59,319 bases of DNA from Methanobacteriota archaeon. GTDB taxonomy: Archaea > Thermoplasmatota > Thermoplasmata > RBG-16-68-12. The position numbers were made by a program, and so were the translations under genes. Below are positions 54,578-59,319 of the stretch, piece by piece. The notes under the pieces were generated by a model. That model saw only the letters and a program-made list of their open reading frames with translations. It did not search any database and was not told where the DNA came from. The stretch lies in the NCBI GenBank assembly GCA_005878955.1, contig VBMI01000095.1:1-59319 (forward strand). Reading direction: 5' to 3'. How positions within the stretch are numbered: the stretch's first letter is position 1; each line of letters opens with the position of its first letter.

Positions 54578-56770
54578 TCACGCGACCTCGAGCCCTTCCC
54601 GAAACCGGGTCGAGAGGTCCCGGTATCGACGGAGGTCTTCCTTGGACCTCGGCCGGACCTTCTCGAGGGCCCGCTCGAAGTGCTCCCGCTTGAGGACGAT
54701 CTTCTTGACGTATTTGTCCTCGAGGGGGCCGCCGGCTGCGACGAAGTCCCGGATCGCCAGCATCGCCGCCTCGTTGCACACGGCCTCGATCTCCGCACCT
54801 GTGTAGTCTTCCGTGCGAGTCGCGATCTCGTCCACGCTGACGTCCGCGGCGAGGGGCTTCCCCTTCGTGTGGATCCCCAGGATCGCCTTCCGGGCCTCTC
54901 GGTCGGGGGGGGGCACGTACACGAGCCGGTCGAACCGGCCGGGTCGCAGGATGGCGGGGTCGACGAGGTCCGGTCGGTTCGTCGCCGCGATGATCGTGAC
55001 GTTGTGGAGCTCCTCGAGGCCGTCCATCTCCGTCAGGATCTGGGAGATCACGCGCTCCGTCACCTGGCTGTCCGCGCTCGCCCCCCGGGGCGGGGTCACC
55101 GCGTCGATCTCATCGAAGAAGATCACGCACGGGGCCGCGGCCTTCGCCTTCCGGAAGGTCTCCCGGACCGCACGCTCGCTCTCGCCGACCCACTTGCTCA
55201 GGAACTCCGGCCCCTTCACGGAGATGAAGTTCGCCTCGCTCTCCGCCGCCACGGCCTTCGCAAGGAGGGTCTTCCCGGTGCCGGGCGGCCCGTACAGCAG
55301 GACGCCCTTCGGGGGCTTCGCGCCCGCCTGGGTGAACAGCCTCGCGTACTTCAGCGGCCACTCCACGGCCTCCCGCAGCTCCTGCTTCGCGGCGTCCAGG
55401 CCGCCGATGTCCCCCCAGTGGACGTTCGGCGTCTCGATCAGGACTTCGCGCAGTGTCGAGGGCTCCATCTCCCGGAAGGCGGACAGGAAGTCCTCCCGCG
55501 TGACCTCGAGCTTCTTCAGGGCCTCCACCGGGATCTCCTCGACCTCGAGGTCGATGGCGGGCAGCGCCCGCCGGAGGGACCGCATCGCGGCCTCCTTCAC
55601 GAGGGCGGAGAGGTCCGCCCCCACGTACCCGTGGGTGATGTCCGCGAGCGCCTTGAGGTCGACGTCCTTTGCCAGGGGCACGTTCCGAGCGTGCACCTGG
55701 AGGATCTCGAGGCGCCCGTCCCGGTCGGGGATCCCGATCTCGATCTCCCGGTCGAACCTCCCGGGTCGGCGGATCGCGGGGTCGAGGGAGTTCGGGCGGT
55801 TCGTCGCCCCGATCACGACGACCTTGCCGCGGGTCGCCAGACCGTCCATGAGCGCGAGGAGCTGCGCGACGACCCGTCGCTCGACCTCCCCGGTGACCTC
55901 GTCCCGCTTCGGTGCGATGGAGTCGATCTCGTCGATGAAGATGATCGCGGGCGCGTTCTCCTCGGCCTGCTTGAACATCTCCCGCAGGTTCTCCTCGCTC
56001 TGCCCGTAGAACTTCGACATGATCTCCGGTCCGCTGATCGAGTAGAAGTTCGCGTTCGTCTCGGAGGCGACCGCCTTCGCGAGGAGGGTCTTCCCGGTGC
56101 CGGGCGGGCCGTGGAGGAGGACGCCCTTCGGGGCCTCCACCCCAAGCCGCTCGAAGAGCTCCGGGTGCCGGAGCGGCAGCTCGATCATCTCCCGGACCTT
56201 CCCGACCTCGTCCCGCAGGCCCCCGATGTCTTCGTAGCTCACGCGGGGGACGCTCGTCTCCACCGCCTTCGCGGGCTTCTCGGAGATCCGGACCTTCGTC
56301 GCCGAGGTGATCTCCGCCGCCTCCGCGCTCGGCGAGAACGACTGCACGAGGAACTCGAACCGCCGGCCCATCACCGGCACGGACACGACGTCCCCCCGCG
56401 CGACGAGTCGGCCCTCGAGCGCCGCGGCGAGGTACTCCTCCCCGCCCATGATTCGAATCGGCTCCGTCGGTGCCAGGGTTGCCTTCGTCGCGGTCTTTGG
56501 GCTCACGGCGCGGACCCCGACCTTCTCGTCGAGGCCCGTCTGCGCGTTCCGCCGCTGGAGGCCGTCCAGACGGATCGTCCCCCGGTTCGCGTCCTCGGGG
56601 AGCCCCCGCTCGACGATCGCGGCGGTCTTCTTCCGTCCCTCCACGATCACCGGGTCGCCCTCGTGGAGGTGGAGGGGGCCCATCAGCTCGGGGTCGATGC
56701 GGACGACCCCGCGTCCCACGTCCTGGGACCTGGCCTCGAGGACTCGCAGGAACTTGTCGTCGTCGGTCAT
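54578..56770 (-). CDS. cdc48: CDC48/VCP-type AAA+ ATPase (two AAA domains plus N domain)
   Basis: Two Walker A motifs are present (both [15 protein letters not shown]), along with [14 protein letters not shown] Walker B regions and the N-domain [20 protein letters not shown]. The start is at MTDDDKF; an alternative ATG lies at 56806. Confidence 0.95.
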   Translation of the reverse strand: MTDDDKFLRVLEARSQDVGRGVVRIDPELMGPLHLHEGDPVIVEGRKKTAAIVERGLPEDANRGTIRLDGLQRRNAQTGLDEKVGVRAVSPKTATKATLAPTEPIRIMGGEEYLAAALEGRLVARGDVVSVPVMGRRFEFLVQSFSPSAEAAEITSATKVRISEKPAKAVETSVPRVSYEDIGGLRDEVGKVREMIELPLRHPELFERLGVEAPKGVLLHGPPGTGKTLLAKAVASETNANFYSISGPEIMSKFYGQSEENLREMFKQAEENAPAIIFIDEIDSIAPKRDEVTGEVERRVVAQLLALMDGLATRGKVVVIGATNRPNSLDPAIRRPGRFDREIEIGIPDRDGRLEILQVHARNVPLAKDVDLKALADITHGYVGADLSALVKEAAMRSLRRALPAIDLEVEEIPVEALKKLEVTREDFLSAFREMEPSTLREVLIETPNVHWGDIGGLDAAKQELREAVEWPLKYARLFTQAGAKPPKGVLLYGPPGTGKTLLAKAVAAESEANFISVKGPEFLSKWVGESERAVRETFRKAKAAAPCVIFFDEIDAVTPPRGASADSQVTERVISQILTEMDGLEELHNVTIIAATNRPDLVDPAILRPGRFDRLVYVPPPDREARKAILGIHTKGKPLAADVSVDEIATRTEDYTGAEIEAVCNEAAMLAIRDFVAAGGPLEDKYVKKIVLKREHFERALEKVRPRSKEDLRRYRDLSTRFREGLEVA

Positions 56771-56830
56771 GGCATCGTCTCTGGGGTCACGGAGGACTCG
56801 ATACAAAAGGAGAGGGTTGAGGTGAATGCC

Positions 56831-57367
56831 CTACTGGACCTTCACCTTCACGGCCGTCCGGGCGGGCGTCGGCTCCTGCTTCGGGAGGTGGATCTCGAGG
56901 ACCCCGTTTTCCATCTTCGCCGTCGCCTTGTCCGGCGCGACATCGGCCGGGAGGGTCAGCATCCGGTGGAAGCCGGAGTAGTTCCGCTCGCGATACACGT
57001 AGCCGTCGTTCGTCCCCTCGCGCTGGCCCTGCGCCTCCGCCTTGATCTCAAGAGCGTCCGGGGTCGCCTCGATCTCGAGGTTCTCCTTCGGGACGCCCGG
57101 CACTTCCGCGGTCACGACGAGCTCGGCGCCGGTGTCCCGGACGTCGAGCGCAGGGGCCCGCGGCCCGTCGATGCCGGCGAAGGGGGACGCGAGGGTGCCC
57201 GGCCAGGAGATCCACGCGCGGTCGAAGTCCCGGCGCATCTCCTCGAACCAGCGATCCATGTCGCCGAACCAAGCGAACGGGTCCGACGGGCCTCCCCTCA
57301 GGGAGAGTCCTTCGTTCGTCTTCGGAGCGATGTCCGTGTCCTTGTTCTTGCGCATCATGGTTGTCAC
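56831..57367 (-). CDS. hsp20: Hsp20/alpha-crystallin small heat-shock protein
   Basis: ALDVRDTGAELVVTAEVPGVPKENLEIEAT...FHRMLTLPADV...AKMENGVLEIHLPK. Confidence 0.9.
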   Translation of the reverse strand: MTTMMRKNKDTDIAPKTNEGLSLRGGPSDPFAWFGDMDRWFEEMRRDFDRAWISWPGTLASPFAGIDGPRAPALDVRDTGAELVVTAEVPGVPKENLEIEATPDALEIKAEAQGQREGTNDGYVYRERNYSGFHRMLTLPADVAPDKATAKMENGVLEIHLPKQEPTPARTAVKVKVQ

Positions 57368-57482
57368 CCCTATCTAGTTAACCTGTAGTTGTATACTCAG
57401 ATGTGGCATCCCGTACTTAAACTTTCGCCGGGACCGCCCCGCCAGGTGAAGGATTATAGACGACGGGCGTCCTTTTCCGCTC

Positions 57483-58115
57483 GTGCCCGACGGCGCCGGG
57501 GACCTGTCCCCCATCAACGAGATCGCCCTGGACGCGTCCTGCCCCATGTGCGGCGAGGCGCCTCTCCGCATGCGCTCGATGGCCCTCGACATCCCGTACT
57601 TCGGGGACGCCCTACAGACGACGCTGCTGTGCGGGGCATGCGGATTCCGGCACGGGGACGTGCTCCTGACGAGGCAGGGGGACCCCACCCGGGCTTCCCT
57701 CAAGATCCGGCGACCCGGGGACCTCAACGCCCGCGTCGTCCGGTCGAGCTCGTGCACCGTGCGGATCCCGGAGGCCGGTGCCATCATGGAGCCCGGTCCC
57801 CAAAGCGAGTCGTTCATCTCGAACGTCGAAGGGGTCCTCCGCCGATTCCGCGACATCATCGGGTTCCTCGCCCGGAACGCGGACACGCGCGCCCGTCGGG
57901 CTGCGGCGACGAAGTCCATCGCGACCGTGGAGCGGATGATCGAGGGCCGCGAGCGCTTCACGATCGTGCTCGAGGACCCCTTCGGGAACAGCGCGATCCT
58001 CCATGAGGACTCGGAAGTCCGCCCCCTCACCGCCCGAGAGGTCCGGTCCCTGAAGACGGGCGTGTTCACGATGAAGGTGCGCCCGGGCGGGCGCCGATCT
58101 CCCGGGTCACCGTGA
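57483..58115 (+). CDS. ZPR1-type zinc-finger protein
   Basis: CPMCGE...LDIPYFGD...LLCGACGF is the ZPR1 Zn-finger, followed by the beta-rich A-domain ([17 protein letters not shown]...FISNVEG). The start codon is GTG. The 3' end overlaps convergent rpoK by 50 nt. Confidence 0.8.
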   Translation: MPDGAGDLSPINEIALDASCPMCGEAPLRMRSMALDIPYFGDALQTTLLCGACGFRHGDVLLTRQGDPTRASLKIRRPGDLNARVVRSSSCTVRIPEAGAIMEPGPQSESFISNVEGVLRRFRDIIGFLARNADTRARRAAATKSIATVERMIEGRERFTIVLEDPFGNSAILHEDSEVRPLTAREVRSLKTGVFTMKVRPGGRRSPGSP

Positions 58116-58272
58116 TCGGGATCGCGGCCCGCTCGAATTCCCTCGTTGCGATCTCAATCGGGTCCACGACCCCGCTCGGGGTCTCGATGAGGATGGGCGC
58201 CCCCATCGCAATCTGCAGGGCCCGCGCGCCGATGATCCGGGCCCGCTCGAACCTCGTGTACTTCATCGCCAT
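58066..58272 (-). CDS. rpoK: DNA-directed RNA polymerase subunit K (Rpo6)
   Basis: [27 protein letters not shown]...[19 protein letters not shown]. Confidence 0.9.
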   Translation of the reverse strand: MAMKYTRFERARIIGARALQIAMGAPILIETPSGVVDPIEIATREFERAAIPITVTREIGARPGAPSS

Positions 58273-58276
58273 CGCG

Positions 58277-58987
58277 TCACGACTCCCATTTCAACGGGAA
58301 CTCCCGTTCGATGCGTCGGATCAGGGAGGCCACGACCTTCTCCCGCAGGTCGAGGGCCTCCGCGATCCGGTCGAGGGTGGGCCCTCCGGCATCGAGGAAG
58401 TAGTACAAGACCTGCCGCTCCTCGTAGTTCCCGAGGACATCCTCGACGCTCCCCTGGGCCTCCCCCATCGCCGCATCCTTCAGCTTCAGGAGGTACGACC
58501 GCCGCTCCTCGACCTCGCCGATCTCGCGGTTCAACCTGCGGATCGCGTCCGCGACGACGCGGACCCGGCGTCGCGGGTCCTTCTCCCCATGCGCGCGTCG
58601 CACGGCGTCCTCCGCCCACGCGTACTCCGGGAGCCTCGAAGGAACCTCCTCCAAGGGCCGCATCTCCGCGTGGAACAGACTCGGGCCCACGTCAATCTGC
58701 ACGCTGAGGGTCTGCTTCGCCCGGTACGCCCGCCGGTTCGGCCCCCCGAGGTCGCTCTTCTCTTCCGTCGAGGTGACGAGCCCGCACTCCTCGAGGGCCC
58801 GGAGGTGCTTCACGACCGCCTGCTGGCTCACCCCGAGCTCCTTCGAGAGCTGCAACGGGTAGTGGCTCTCCCGCGCGAGGCGCTCGAGGATCCTGCGGCG
58901 CGTCGGGTTCTCCAGGGCGCGCAACAGCCCGTCCAGCGAGTTCTCCACGATCTCCGACCAGGCGCGGTCCTTCTTCGGCTCCGTCAA
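58277..58987 (-). CDS. ArsR-family winged-helix transcriptional regulator with a C-terminal helical domain
   Basis: [50 protein letters not shown]. The start is TTG at 58987 and is uncertain. AT-rich TATA-like elements lie at about 59000-59035. Confidence 0.75.
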   Translation of the reverse strand: MTEPKKDRAWSEIVENSLDGLLRALENPTRRRILERLARESHYPLQLSKELGVSQQAVVKHLRALEECGLVTSTEEKSDLGGPNRRAYRAKQTLSVQIDVGPSLFHAEMRPLEEVPSRLPEYAWAEDAVRRAHGEKDPRRRVRVVADAIRRLNREIGEVEERRSYLLKLKDAAMGEAQGSVEDVLGNYEERQVLYYFLDAGGPTLDRIAEALDLREKVVASLIRRIEREFPLKWES

Positions 58988-59035
58988 TTACTGAACCTCA
59001 GGTTTACAACCAAACCTATATTCCCGTTCTCGAAT

Positions 59036-59200
59036 TTAAGTATTGGTCTTCGCGGCGGCCTCCGCGGAGCGGACGATGATCTTCTTCGACCCGCACTTCG
59101 GGCAGGCGTCCAGGCTCCGGACGGAGACGAACGTGCCGCACTTCCGGGGTCCCCGGCAGCGCACCTCGTAGAACGTCCCCCCCGCCTCCACAGCCGCCAC
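59036..59200 (-). CDS. Possible small Zn-ribbon protein; start very uncertain and close to the window edge
   Basis: The C-terminal part is FYEVRCRGPRKCGTFVSVRSLDACPKCGSKKIIV (C-x6-C...CxxC). I chose the GTG at 59200. The track ORF extends to 59317 through low-quality-looking sequence. Confidence 0.35.
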   Translation of the reverse strand: MAAVEAGGTFYEVRCRGPRKCGTFVSVRSLDACPKCGSKKIIVRSAEAAAKTNT

Positions 59201-59319
59201 GCGGCCGGATGCCCCGCCGCGCGTAAAGAACCTTTGCGCCCGTTCCGACGCCCTAGGACAATTCCTTACACCATTATCTTCGCTGAAATTCGCTGGCGAA
59301 GGGTCATTACCCCCCAACA

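Noticed and set aside
54485-57388. 967-aa plus-strand ORF opposite CDC48 and Hsp20
   Set aside because: It is antisense to two strongly conserved genes and has a biased composition.

Overview
This is a very GC-rich archaeal chromosomal window, with third codon positions almost always G/C. That bias fills the six-frame track with long spurious antisense and alternate-frame ORFs. The real genes are mostly core housekeeping. They include the RNA polymerase operon rpoH-rpoB(unsplit)-rpoA'-rpoA''-eL30-nusA, the PolD large subunit, EF-1beta with its Zn-ribbon partner, rpoK, KsgA, CDC48, Hsp20, ZPR1, mevalonate kinase and an unlinked 5S rRNA. PolD together with an unsplit rpoB and a stand-alone 5S gene suggests a Thermoplasmata-like euryarchaeon; this is inference, not a database result.

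Accessory content between the core genes:
- A five-gene glycosylation operon (flippase, GT2, GT4, GT-C membrane protein, aminotransferase).
- A KaiC-like ATPase, a double-wHTH regulator and a 1599-aa transmembrane giant protein (cytoplasmic HhH, three Zn-ribbons and TPR; extracellular LTD, DUF11-like repeats and a PEF-CTERM-like tail).
- A Roadblock-like protein, an A24 prepilin peptidase and a Rab-like small GTPase.
- An orphan protein of about 1309 aa with an N-terminal membrane anchor and no recognisable domain.
- A tungstate-type ABC transporter (tupABC) whose ATPase gene is broken.
- An SNF2-type helicase that lacks its Walker A segment, translationally coupled to a Cys-rich partner.
- A secreted protein with three DxDxDG modules.

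The most striking sequence-level observations:
- A tRNA-Lys(UUU) split by three introns.
- Three internally damaged genes within about 14 kb. One, an MFS transporter, carries a roughly 125-nt segment with foreign codon usage.
- Twin palindromes with identical arms flanking a small ORF.

I found no CRISPR array, transposase, integrase or recognisable defence hallmark. No candidate can be claimed as a new system without homology searches, which I cannot run.
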